From Octopus bimaculoides (Eukaryota), in contig NC_068984.1 in the NCBI RefSeq assembly GCF_001194135.2, positions 107,194,067 to 107,258,066 on the forward strand: 64,000 nt of DNA, read 5' to 3'. The notes below the pieces were generated by a model. That model saw nothing but the letters and a program-made list of their open reading frames with translations, was not told where the DNA came from and ran no database searches. The position numbers were made by a program, and so were the translations under genes. This document shows, one piece after another, positions 25,432-38,508 of the stretch. How positions within the stretch are numbered: position 1 is the stretch's first letter; each line of letters opens with the position of its first letter.

Positions 25432-26402
25432 CAATGTTAATTCTCTAAATGAAGTATTAACAGTAACTGCACGATAAAGTGAAGTATATTGCCACTTAAG
25501 TGTGGCTGACCCCTAGAGGTNNNNNNNNNNNNNNNNNNNNNNNNNNNNNNNNNNNNNNNNNNNNNNNNNNNNNNNNNNNNNNNNNNNNNNNNNNNNNNNN
25601 NNNNNNNNNNNNNNNNNNNNNNNNNNNNNNNNNNNNNNNNNNNNNNNNNNNNNNNNNNNNNNNNNNNNNNNNNNNNNNNNNNNNNNNNNNNNNNNNNNNN
25701 NNNNNNNNNNNNNNNNNNNNNNNNNNNNNNNNNNNNNNNNNNNNNNNNNNNNNNNNNNNNNNNNNNNNNNNNNNNNNNNNNNNNNNNNNNNNNNNNNNNN
25801 NNNNNNNNNNNNNNNNNNNNNNNNNNNNNNNNNNNNNNNNNNNNNNNNNNNNNNNNNNNNNNNNNNNNNNNNNNNNNNNNNNNNNNNNNNNNNNNNNNNN
25901 NNNNNNNNNNNNNNNNNNNNNNNNNNNNNNNNNNNNNNNNNNNNNNNNNNNNNNNNNNNNNNNNNNNNNNNNNNNNNNNNNNNNNNNNNNNNNNNNNNNN
26001 NNNNNNNNNNNNNNNNNNNNNNNNNNNNNNNNNNNNNNNNNNNNNNNNNNNNNNNNNNNNNNNNNNNNNNNNNNNNNNNNNNNNNNNNNNNNNNNNNNNN
26101 NNNNNNNNNNNNNNNNNNNNNNNNNNNNNNNNNNNNNNNNNNNNNNNNNNNNNNNNNNNNNNNNNNNNNNNNNNNNNNNNNNNNNNNNNNNNNNNNNNNN
26201 NNNNNNNNNNNNNNNNNNNNNNNNNNNNNNNNNNNNNNNNNNNNNNNNNNNNNNNNNNNNNNNNNNNTTAAATGGTTTAGTGAGGAGGAAGGAATGCGCA
26301 GAGGTAGTATATAGGTGGTGGGGGTATGGGTGACAAACCAAGGACAGTAATAAAGGAAAAGAGGAGTGAGATAGGTAAATAATCGATTCCTTTACTATTT
26401 CT

Positions 26403-26451
26403 GTCTCCGATGAAGGAAAGTACTGGATCTTCCCAGAAACAGCTGTAAGAC
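26403..26451 (+). ncRNA. Hammerhead-like motif in a probable Penelope-like pseudo-LTR
   Basis: Stem I GTCT/AGAC, core CCGATGA(A), stem II GG(A)AAG/CTTCCC, GAAA, palindromic stem III ACAGCTGT and A17. It lies just right of a 747-N gap. Confidence 0.45.
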
Positions 26452-26754
26452 TCTATCCATAAAATATATTTCCAACTTTACCATTGCTCTCTTTATCTTT
26501 TTATATATTTATACATACACACGCTAATACACGACTTATAATCCCCAATCCTGTTCATACAACGACTGGGGCAAAACTAGTCGGTATACAGCACTTACCC
26601 GGTATTACCTGTATCTTTTGGGGTTTGGTTAAATCCAATACCCTTCTCAACCTTATATATATAGCACACACGCACACATGCACTCGCGCGCGCAAATTAC
26701 TGTAACTGATCAACGAAAGCAAGGTAAACAACTGTAATTTAAATTTTATTAATT

Positions 26755-26916
26755 AAGGTGCAGATTTGGCTGTGTGATAAGAAGTTTGCTTCCCAACCAT
26801 ATGGTTCCGGGTTCAGTCCCACTGCGTAGCACCTTGGACAAGTGTCTTCTATTTTAACCTCGGGCCAACCAAAGCCTTTTGAGTGGATTCGGTGGACGGA
26901 AACTGAATGAAGCTCG

Positions 26917-26951
<35 letters not shown>

Positions 26952-27155
26952 TACGTTTGTCCCTCCTTCACCACTTGACAACCGGTGTTGCTGTGTTTAT
27001 GTAACATAGCGGTTCGGCAAAACAGATCGATAGAATAAGTACCAGGCTTAAAAAAATTTACTGGAGTCGATACATTCGACTATAAATTCTTCGAGGCGGT
27101 GCCCCAGCCGGGCCGCAGTCTGAAAACTGAAACAAGTAAAAGATAAAAGATAAAG
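26755..27155 (+). mobile_element. SINE family 2, full length
   Basis: tRNA-like head (TGGCTGTGTGATAAG...GGTTCAGTCCCA), internal (GT)n and an AAGTAAAAGATAAAAGAT tail. Confidence 0.85.
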
Positions 27156-27293
27156 GATTAGATTGATAAAGCATGAAACACATTGGAAGATAAGAGTAAA
27201 TGTTGCAACGCAGTATATGTTTCGGTCTTATTAATCCTTCTCACCGAAGTATAATCCAATAGACACTGTAGATCTTAGATGATGACAATTATA

Positions 27294-27583
27294 CAGGGTG
27301 TCCACAAAGTCTGGGTACATGGAGCAAATAAAATCATAACATAATTAAATATAAGCAATAACAATTTCTTAAAGTATGTGTTAATCCCATGTGGGTACAT
27401 GGAGTAAATAAAATCATAATATAAACAATTAAATATAAGAAATAACAATTTCTTAAAGTATGTGTTAATCCCATGTGGGTACATGGAGTAAATAAAATCA
27501 TAATATAAACAATTAAATATAAGAAATAATAATTTCTTAAAGTATGTGTCAATCCCATTTACCCAGACTTTGTGGACACCCTG
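27294..27583. mobile_element. Tc1/mariner-type MITE with a triplicated 80-84 bp interior
   Basis: 29-bp TIRs CAGGGTGTCCACAAAGTCTGGGTACATGG (1 mismatch), flanked by TA at 27292-93 and 27584-85. Internal units start at 27313, 27393 and 27477. Confidence 0.95.
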
Positions 27584-27700
27584 TATATAAGATGTTTGTA
27601 ATTTTGATAATGTTTATGTGTTGGTCTAGAAATTATATATAAGCTCTGACGGCGTATTTGCACTTCTCGTCAGAACCTCATATAAATTATCTATGTAGAA

Positions 27701-29492
27701 ATGGCGTCATCGGTAAGTTTTGGCCTTATGTTTTAGTGGAGAATATTCGTTTGAATACAAGAAAAATACTGGTTATTTTTACAATTCTATTATCATAATG
27801 ATGACAGTTCTCTATTTTTAATGCACGCAAATAACAACGATGCAGTTCTCAATAATCTTTTGGTAAAATGTGATGGCATATTTCATAAAACATTTCGAAG
27901 AGACAGCTCGGTTTTTGTGTCTTTTTTTCTTCTTCTTTTTTTGTTCTTTCTCGTAAAAGCCACTCTGCTAATGACCTTCACTTGAAAGTGATAAAGTTCT
28001 TGTTGTCAACGAATCGTTAAATTGACTACAAACTGGAATCCATTGAGATGTGAAAATCACCTCATCAATTTCACTTCATAAAGAGATTCCACAAAAGAAA
28101 ATCTTGCAAAACTTTTCCATAAAGTTGCTTATGAATAAAACACACACACACACACACAAACGCACGCACACACACACACACACTTACGCACGCACGCACA
28201 CACACGCACACACACGTACACTCATACACACATGAACACACATACGCACACACATGCACGTACGCATACATACGTGCGCGCGCACAACAGAACCTCTGAA
28301 GAATAAAACACAAAATGGTTGATGAAAAACATATGGATTTATTGAAACTGAATTCTACAATGCTTTCACTACCTAGAACGTCGTAAAAAAATATGGACAA
28401 GGAAGTTGTCGATGTAATAAATTTACATTTTTATGGCCTTCACCGTACTTGCTGAAGTGCTAATGATAGAAACACTAATGCTAAAAGAAAAAAATTTTTA
28501 AATAATATTCACTGTCGCATAATTATTTCTAGTTTGCTCCATAATGCTCTCCACATTAAATATATTAACATAAACATAATTACCGTTTTATTATTTTTTT
28601 ATGTAGATACCATCTTCCGATTAATTATTCTCTGAACAATTCTTTTTTTTTTTTTTCCTTCCTAAATAAGCCAATCTATAGTTTTAGATTCTTTTATCTT
28701 TGCTATTATTTTATCATTACTTAGACAAGTACAGGTGAAGGCTATGATTTACGTCTGAGATCATGTATACGTAAGAGGTTTTATATTTATATTTCAAAGG
28801 GGAAATATTCGTTTGAATTAAAAGCTAGGTATTTTTACGGTTTCTTATCATAATGTGGACACGTCTATGGAGGTAACGCATGCAAATAAGAATTATGATT
28901 TTCGTGTTTGATAAAATATTGTGAAGCATGTCTAGAAATATCTAGCCGTTCAAAACTAACACAGCTATTTTGTAGCTCAACATATATTTTTCATATACCT
29001 ACATATATACCTACATCTATCGATATCTATCCATTTGCGTGTGTGTGTGTGTGTGTGTGTGTAAACTGTTGAAAGTGTTCTACGCAAGTCAGGAGATATG
29101 GAAAAATAAGAAGAAAATGCATTTTTCTTCTTATATTGCAGTAAATTCATCCTGAAATATCTTATTTACATTTAAGTCATTTCAGTATACAATAATAAGC
29201 ATAGAAAAATTGATTATCACTATCAAATTATTATCATTTTCATTAAATATATAATAGATTATCATCATCAAGTTATTACATATTCCGAAATATATTGTAT
29301 CAAAAATATATTACTGCAATCAAATTATTTCTAGATTACGAATTCCAGAGTAAATTCAAATAATTCCAAATTACATTATTAAACTCTTCAAAGTCCAAAA
29401 TTACAAAAGTACACACCACAGTTTCACTTATTACAGAAAATATTCATTGCAATGTATATGTACAATGGCTTGGTACTAGCATACAAATGAAG
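27701..29492 (+). other. Speculative chain of small exons (27701-27712, 28725-28770, 29437-29492)
   Basis: AAATGGCG start, GTAAG/GTAAA donors, pyrimidine-rich acceptors and compatible phases giving MASS-TSTGEGYDLRLRSCI-QNIHCNVYVQWLGTSIQMK. No homology recognised. Confidence 0.2.
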
Positions 29493-30509
29493 GTAAAGTA
29501 AGTCAAGGGTGATAACTCAAAACCAAAAACAAAAGAAAGAACAAATATGAAAAGTTCCAATTGATTGAAATAAGGAATAGAAAGTGTGTTGATGGGAAAG
29601 TGTGTCTTCGGAAGACATAAAAATAACTTGCATGTCTCCTTGCGTGTCTCAGTATTATTTAGCCTCTTCAGTGAAGCATGGTCATTTGCTAATGTGACGA
29701 TTCAATAGAGAGAAAAGAATACATGAATATACAAGGTTTGTATTGGTGTGACAAAATGAAACCTGAGGGAAATAACGTAGGGATTTCATCCGTATGGAAA
29801 ATGCTGACTCGCTTTATTTGATAAGCATAGTATCTTTAGTTATGACTTTAAACTGCATCCGGCTGCGGGGCTTCTAGGGTTTTCAGATGTATGGAACCGC
29901 CACTTAGCAACTATTGTTCCCAGATCTAAACAAATCCGGAGTAGTAGTACCAATTAGAGTACCAGTCAAGAGTTAAATAGCATGTATCCACTCAAGCCAG
30001 GGCTTCGCTGAAATCATGGGTGCAGCAGAGTAGGTGTGAACTAATTCGGCAAAAGAATCTATCGCATAAATAGTGAATACCACTCGATGCTGAGCGAACG
30101 AGCAGACAGCTATCATCTGAAGTCGTGGCGTGTGCTGAGAAGATATTTCAAATTGACTATACCCCAAGCCAGAATAAACTCTTAACCAAATTAACTCAAC
30201 CCCAAGACACATCACTTTATCGTGAGATCTAGCGAGGAAGAGTTGCATTGATCCTGGCAAGTCGCGTGACCAGATGACAATATCGAGAAGAGGCAAACCT
30301 TGTTGAACAATAATTACATCAACCAAACAAAGGTAAGAGAAATAACACACATTTCAAAGAAAAAGTTTTCAATGGTTCGTCGTATAGCAATTAATCAAAT
30401 AGTAAGCATAAAATGAAGCGAGTGGCTGAAAGATCTATTATTGGGCAAGTGCAGTGACAATTTTGAACATATCATGATCAGTCATTTTGGAACTTCTCAG
30501 TGATGGAGT

Positions 30510-30880
30510 GTGTTTTATTTTTTACTTGTTGCAGTCAAACGGTTGTAGCTATGCTGAAACACAGCTTTGAAAGGTTTAGTCAAACAGATAGACCTCAGAA
30601 CTTAATTTTAAGGTTGGTTTTTATTCTGTCGGCTCCTTTTGCCGAGCCGCTATGTTACGGGAGTATAAGCAAACCAATACAACACAAACAGAAACACACA
30701 CACACACACACACACACACATGCAAAAGTCTTCTTTCAATTTCCATCTGTCAAATCCATTCATGAGGCTTTGGTCGACCCAGAGCTAGAGTAGAAGACCA
30801 TCACAGATGGCGCTACACTAGTGGACTGAACCCGAAACTGTGTGGTTGGGAAGCATGATTCTTACCACGCGGCCACGCCT
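30510..30880 (-). mobile_element. SINE family 2
   Basis: Reverse-complement match to 26755-27155. Confidence 0.8.
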
Positions 30881-31165
30881 ACTTCTATGTGTATAGTAAA
30901 TGTATGTTTTCTTCCCACTCATATATTATAAACAACTAAGACGCGTTCGAAATATTGATAAAAGCACTCAAAGGTTTGATTAATGCAGTTATGAGAGATT
31001 ATGAGAGATACAGTTAGTTCAATGATACGGAATGCCGTGAGTTAGAATATATTAAAACCACATTGACTCTTTAGGAAGGAGCAATTGCTATTTTGAAAAG
31101 CATATTACACATGCGTGCAAGAGAGAAAAGGGAGAGAGAGAGAGACAGACAGAGACAGACAGACA

Positions 31166-31212
<47 letters not shown>

Positions 31213-31292
31213 ACAAACAAACACACAGCTTCCTGAAAAGTTTCTGTCTACCAAATTTTATTCCAAATGCATTGATTAACCAAAAGTAATCT

Positions 31293-31330
<38 letters not shown>

Positions 31331-32519
31331 GTATATTGAAGTGATATCGGAGCCAGATACACATGGTTGCCGGGCAAATTTCTTAACCAAAAAAAATCAT
31401 GCCTTTTGCTACCATTAAAAATTATCCTGAGCCAACCACTGAACGTCAAAGCATTTGCCTGTCATATGATGTATGTAATACACAGGTCATATTTCCCTGA
31501 CGTCCGCTCGTCGTAGACGATACATATTCATAATTTACCAGCGGGATCCGTGAATATTTCACAGAATTAATGGTAAACTTATTGGGTTATTTCTAAAAAT
31601 TTTATCCAAAAACCTTAAAAGCGTAGCTTGTGTTGTGTCTGTATGGAAAGATAGTCACTCATCTGCCACTCATTGAAAAGTGAAAGAAATTGGAATACGA
31701 TGATTGCTTAATGCACTTTATACATACACTTTATATGCTTTATGCACAATTTTATCAACGTAATACACAGCACTCATAAAATAAATATTCACTCATATTT
31801 TTCCATTTTCCCATAAGCAAAGAATAATATCCCGTACAAATTATACAACCTTTAGTTAAATTGCATATATCTTCCACGTAAATACGCGCGAATATCTCAC
31901 GGAATTGCATTTATGCGCATGCGTTAAGTGATAGGTGATATAAAAAACTTCAATTTAAAAAAATTGTTTTTACTATCTAATCACCAACACCACCATCCTC
32001 TCTCTCTCATNNNNNNNNNNNNNNNNNNNNNNNNNNNNNNNNNNNNNNNNNNNNNNNNNNNNNNNNNNNNNNNNNNNNNNNNNNNNNNNNNNNNNNNNNN
32101 NNNNNNNNNNNNNNNNNNNNNNNNNNNNNNNNNNNNNNNNNNNNNNNNNNNNNNNNNNNNNNNNNNNNNNNNNNNNNNNNNNNNNNNNNNNNNNNNNNNN
32201 NNNNNNNNNNNNNNNNNNNNNNNNNNNNNNNNNNNNNNNNNNNNNNNNNNNNNNNNNNNNNNNNNNNNNNNNNNNNNNNNNNNNNNNNNNNNNNNNNNNN
32301 NNNNNNNNNNNNNNNNNNNNNNNNNNNNNNNNNNNNNNNNNNNNNNNNNNNNNNNNNNNNNNNNNNNNNNNNNNNNNNNNNNNNNNNNNNNNNNNNNNNN
32401 NNNNNNNNNNNNNNNNNNNNNNNNNNNNNNNNNNNNNNNNNNNNNNNNNACGGCTAATTTTAGTATTTTGTATATAAAAAGGGTACAAAACGGTGAAAAC
32501 AATCAAACAGCACTTCAAC

Positions 32520-32567
<48 letters not shown>

Positions 32568-33299
32568 TACATTTATATGTATGAGTAGCACAGTCTGTAG
32601 CGAAAACGGTTTTCTATACATTGTCACAGCTCCCTTCCTTCCATTATAAATGTGTCTGTTTATATATGTGTGTAAATGCGCCTGTGTCTGTAATTCTATT
32701 TTCTGTATATCTTTCTAAATAAACATACGCAAAAACATATACACTCACTAAATATTATATATAAACATATTTTACCCAAACACACACACAACACATACGC
32801 ACAAACATTCACATACCTCCTTTTTATACGCACATACATACACACATATATACACACAGAGTTGAAGCGCTGTTTGATTTTTTTTTTTTTTTCACCGTTG
32901 AATTTTCACCATTCCACTTTCATCGGTGGGTATCACCCCTTCCTTCGTCAGTCATCTCTTGTGACGGACAAAAACAAGAAGATTATATATTAGTAGTTAC
33001 TTGGGACTTATGAAAGGAAAGCCTTATATTATTAAGAACGTATAGAACAAAGGCTAACTAACAGTCTGAAAACAAGCATGGATGTTTAGTACAAACTTAT
33101 GAAAATGTTTTGGTCAGGCAAAGGGTGAAGGAATCATTCCATCCGCTAAGAAATAGAGTTCCAGTTAAAGAAATAATAAAAGGGACGTGCATCCAATAAT
33201 AAAAACATCAATAATTACATTACTACGTATGTAAAAATTTTGAATGTCGTTTCGAATAACTATTATTTATTTATTTATACATTTGTTTATTGAGGATGA

Positions 33300-33368
<69 letters not shown>

Positions 33369-33756
33369 TACAAAATATTTGTATTCTTCAAATGCAAAAG
33401 AAATATATCTATATACTCTGCACGTATTCGCTTTTTTGAATTGTAAACATCAAGAAATCTCAGAAATACATTTCTGCAAAAATTTGGAATGCTGTTGCCT
33501 TAATTTTTTTGAAGATGAAAAATATTAGTCCTAGTGAAATAAATATATAATCATTCATTCACGTATATTCATGTACCCAGTGCATCACAGTCAATCATTC
33601 AATACATGCATACAAACATCCATGCATACATTCATGCATACATTCATACATCCATCCATCCATCCATCCATCCATCCATACATACATACATACATACATA
33701 TATTACATATATATATATATATATATATACACACAAACACACACATATATATATAT

Positions 33757-33795
<39 letters not shown>

Positions 33796-35313
33796 NNNNN
33801 NNNNNNNNNNNNNNNNNNNNNNNNNNNNNNNNNNNNNNNNNNNNNNNNNNNNNNNNNNNNNNNNNNNNNNNNNNNNNNNNNNNNNNNNNNNNNNNNNNNN
33901 NNNNNNNNNNNNNNNNNNNNNNNNNNNNNNNNNNNNNNNNNNNNNNNNNNNNNNNNNNNNNNNNNNNNNNNNNNNNNNNNNNNNNNNNNNNNNNNNNNNN
34001 NNNNNNNNNNNNNNNNNNNNNNNNNNNNNNNNNNNNNNNNNNNNNNNNNNNNNNNNNNNNNNNNNNNNNNNNNNNNNNNNNNNNNNNNNNNNNNNNNNNN
34101 NNNNNNNNNNNNNNNNNNNNNNNNNNNNNNNNNNNNNNNNNNNNNNNNNNNNNNNNNNNNNNNNNNNNNNNNNNNNNNNNNNNNNNNNNNNNNNNNNNNN
34201 NNNNNNNNNNNNNNNNNNNNNNNNNNNNNNNNNNNNNNNNNNNNNNNNNNNNNNNNNNNNNNNNNNNNNNNNNNNNNNNNNNNNNNNNNNNNNNNNNNNN
34301 NNNNNNNNNNNNNNNNNNNNNNNNNNNNNNNNNNNNNNNNNNNNNNNNNNNNNNNNNNNNNNNNNNNNNNNNNNNNNNNNNNNNNNNNNNNNNNNNNNNN
34401 NNNNNNNNNNNNNNNNNNNNNNNNNNNNNNNNNNNNNNNNNNNNNNNNNNNNNNNNNNNNNNNNNNNNNNNNNNNNNNNNNNNNNNNNNNNNNNNNNNNN
34501 NNNNNNNNNNNNNNNNNNNNNNNNNNNNNNNNNNNNNNNNNNNNNNNNNNNNNNNNNNNNNNNNNNNNNNNNNNNNNNNNNNNNNNNNNNNNNNNNNNNN
34601 NNNNNNNNNNNNNATATATATATATATATATATATACGGAATGATAACGGAACGGGAATTATGTTCGATAGATAGATGGATAGCTAGATAGATAGAGAGG
34701 TAGGTAGATAGATACATTCGTATATTCAATAACCAGATGCAATCAATATAGATTTTAAAATGCACATTTATGTACTGGCATCATCCGTATTGAAAGAAAT
34801 TTTTTTTTTAAAAAGAGTACAATGTAAAACTTTCACCATTCGCGTTACTTTTATATTAGAGAATGACAGGGTATCATTAAAGTTTTCGGTACATAAAAAA
34901 TTGATTTCATGATTATGTTTTTTCTTTTTTTGCGATGTAGACGGTTAGCTTGCAGAATCGCTTACACACGAGGCAAACTGCTTAACGTATATTTTCCGGC
35001 TTTACGTCCAGTGTTCAATTCCATTGAAGTCGACTTTGCTTTCATCCTTTTTGGGCCGATAAAAGGATGGTTTCGGTTTGGCTGCACCAGTGGAAATTTC
35101 AAAGTTTAGTGACCATTTTAAAATTCGGTGTATTGATGTATTTTTTTTAACGCTGAATCTCGGAGGATATCTAATTTTCTCTCGGTAAAATAAGTACCAG
35201 TCAAGCACCGGAGTCAATATAATCGACTAGACCCAACCCCAAAATTCCAGGCCTCTAGTCGAAAGTTATTTTTTTATTTTTTATTTTTTTTTTTGCTTCT
35301 GTAATGAAGACGA

Positions 35314-35697
35314 GTGGAGGCGCAATGGCTCAGTGGTTAGGGCAGCGGACTCGCGGTCATAGGATCGCGGTTTCGATTCCCAGACCGGGCGTTGTGAGTG
35401 TTTATTAAGCGAAAACACCTAAAGCTCCTAGAGGCTCCGGCAGGGGATGGTGGCGAACCCTGCTGTACTCTTCCACCACAACTTTCTCTCATTCTTACTT
35501 CCTGTTTCTATTGTGCCTGTGATTCAAAGGGTCAGCCTTGTCCCACTGTGTCACGCTAAATATCCCCGAGAACTACGTTAAGGGTACACGTGTCTGTGGA
35601 GTGCTCAGCCACTTGCACGTTAATTTCACAAGCAGGCTGTTCCGTTGATCGGATCAACCGGAACCCTCGACGTCGTAAGCGATGGAGTGCCAACAAC
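35314..35697 (+). mobile_element. SINE family 1 with target-site duplication
   Basis: AATGAAGA at 35303-35310 and 35698-35705. Confidence 0.9.
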
Positions 35698-36150
35698 AAT
35701 GAAGATGGTGAGCTAGGGCAGTTGTTAACAAGTCGGCATCGGACAAAATGCTTGGCGGCTATTCTTCTGACTCTTTACGCTTTGATTTTAAATGCCGCCG
35801 TTGTCGACTTTGCCTTACCATTTGAGCACTGAGTTAGGTTATCACTTGACACCTTCTCCAAAAATTGCGGATCTCGTATAAAAATTTGAAACCCTTACTT
35901 TCTACAATAGAACAAAAGAAGAGCAACTAAATTTCTTTTCAAACATCTTGCCAATCTGAGTAAAAAATAAGAACACATTGCACAATGTTACGATAAGTAA
36001 CAAGTTTATAACAACCTAACAACAACAACTATTCACTTAAAATCCTGCCATGGTCAGATTTGTCTTTCGTCTTCTGGGTGTCGTCGATAAAATAAATGAT
36101 GCTGACTAAATATCTTCTTTCAAAATCCCTGGCCTTGTGCCTGGCTATAT

Positions 36151-36545
36151 GCGCAGGCATGGTTGTGTGGCTGAGAAGTTCGCTTCCTAACCATGAGGTT
36201 TCGCATTCAGTCTCACAGGAGTGGGTACTAGGGCAAGTGTCTTCGACTTTAGCCCCGGGTCGACCTAAACATTGTAAGTGGATTTGGTAGACGGAAATTG
36301 AAAAGAGCCTGTCGTGTGTGTGTGTGTGATTGTATTTGTGTTTGCCCCATTTCATCGCTTGACAACTGTTGTTGGTTTTGTTTATGTCCCTGTAACTTAA
36401 CAGTTCAGCAAAAGAGACCGATAGAATAAGAACTGTGCTTAACAATACATAAGTAATAGGGCTGATGTGTTCGACTAAATGCCTCGAGGTGGTATCCCAA
36501 CATGGCCTCAGTTCAATAATTAAAACAAGTAAAAGATAAAAGTTA
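36151..36545 (+). mobile_element. SINE family 2
   Basis: Matches 26755-27155. Confidence 0.8.
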
Positions 36546-37714
36546 AATTATTCTTCTTTGAATTCGTAATTTCGACATGGTTTGTGTATTTCTATCGACG
36601 GATTCCACTGCTAGCAACAGCAGGCACGAGAATGAACAGTGTGATGGTACAGATAAAAGCGAAATTTGGTCAAAGTTGGAATTTAATCAATTGGATCGAT
36701 TTAAGAATGAATCGTTGAACAAAAGGCGATGGAAATCAAAGATGACCTGAGCAAGATTTGAACTTGAATTACTAAAGGACAAAAATACGGTCTTATTTAA
36801 GCGTTCAGCCTACTGTAGTATCCATAATCTACGCTGTAATATGACCTGATCTCAGTTAGAAATAGGATTAGTAGTTAAGGTATAAAATAAGAGCTAGGAT
36901 TGGACTACACGCTACAGTGCAAATAATTACGTTAAAGTAGCACCGAAAATCCATATTTATTAAGACAAAATTTCTCGTTCCTTCGACTGTTAGTCTCGAT
37001 GCTTCTGTTGGAGAGAACTTCAATACAATTCTGAATTTTATAATAAACATCTAATGAAGGTACAAGACCTATAGTTTTAGTGAGATGGGATTAGTCGAAT
37101 CCATCGAACTCAATACTTGACTAGTACTTATTTCATCGATTCGAAAGAATGAAAAGCAAAGTTGACCGAGTGAAACTTGAACTCAAAACGTAGGATCGGA
37201 AGAAATGTTGCTTAGCATAATGTCCGACGCGCTAACGATTCTCCCAGCTCATTGTCTTACTTGAATAAAATAACTGTTTCTAATTTAAGTACAAGGTTCG
37301 ACGGGGGTGTTTTCGACACCATTATAGGAACTCAAACCCCAGCGACTGAGCTATAAATCGAACAATCAGCGTAAGTTATAGCATGATATGGCTCCTCGGA
37401 TGATTTAATATTATTTTAGCAAGTTTAAAGTGATTTCATTTTGCCGTAAACATTTACTTTTTCTATGGTACCACCCACCACCTTACCTTGATGCCCTAAA
37501 CATGTGCTTATTTTACTTAATGGTTAATCCAGGCGTTGGATACATACCTCAGCTGCTATTTCTGAAACATCTAAAATATCACTAGAAAGTACAGTACAAG
37601 TTGGTGCCTGTAGAAACAGAATAATGAGGGAATTTTTTTTTATAAAAGTAAGAGATGTCACTAGTTCTCTTCTATGTTCTTTTTATGAAATTATGGGATG
37701 TCATTGTCGTCACT

Positions 37715-38508
37715 GGATCTTTCTGATTTGACGGGCAACTCTTGTTTTCTTAACGAAACACTTTCAAACTTGAGATACTGGTAGAATGTGTCATATAAAA
37801 CATCTTTTTCTCTTAGCTTTCTTAACAAAAATTTATATATTGCAAGTTATTTCATGTTAAAGTTGTCGTATTTCTGTAATTTCAACCAATCACTGACGTC
37901 TATTCAGCTGAATACAGTTACTGCTCTTTTTATAAACAATAATTTTTACCGGTGTCAAGAGTGTTATTCCCTGTTTAATTATATCATTATTCCCTAGTAA
38001 GGGTTTAAGGTTTTAGGGTTAGGGTTTAGGGTTTTAGAGTTAGGGTTAGAGTTGGGGTTAGGGTTAGGGTTATGAGTGAGGTTATGGCAAAAATAATCAT
38101 AACCCTAACCGTAATCCTAAAACCAACCCTAACTCTAAAACCCGAACCCTAACCCTAAAACCCTAAAGCTAAAACCAGTACAAACGCACGAACGATATCA
38201 TAAATAAGAGTAACACGGGTAGTTGTTGTTGACAAACAACGGCACTAATTTTATTCAAGGGAAAAGATCCCATGACACCGTTGATTACATTCCACGGCAG
38301 TAATTGTTTTCACCTCAATAGACGTCAGTGATTGGTTGAAATTACCGAAATACGACAATTTTTTACATGAAATAACTTCGAATACAAAAATTTTTATGTG
38401 TTCTATAACACAAAATATACAAGTATACGAAGTTTGAAAGTGTTTCGGGACCAAAAACACTACACAAAACATTAATGAAAAGTGTTGCTCGTCAAATCAA
38501 AAGGGTCC
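37715..38508. mobile_element. Non-autonomous foldback DNA transposon (GG...CC termini, 8-bp TSD) with central inverted telomere-like repeats
   Basis: TSD TCGTCACT at 37707-37714 and 38509-38516. Long imperfect inverted arms, TTAGGG-like array at ~37998-38084 and CCCTAA-like array at ~38098-38176. Confidence 0.85.

Noticed and set aside
27195-27250. Another hammerhead-like string on the minus strand (TCGGTGA...CCGAAAC)
   Set aside because: Three core deviations and no convincing stem I or III.
27313-27560. CRISPR-like array
   Set aside because: The units are contiguous tandem copies with no unique spacers, inside a eukaryotic MITE.
29973-30350. 125-aa minus-strand ORF; + strand donor AAG|GTAAGA at ~30332
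   Set aside because: No recognisable domain or minus-strand splice signals, and the + strand frames are closed. At most a non-coding exon, unsupported.
37998-38176. Ancestral telomere-telomere chromosome fusion site
   Set aside because: The arrays are short, mirror each other as part of longer inverted arms, and the whole unit is bounded by an 8-bp TSD, which points to a transposon.
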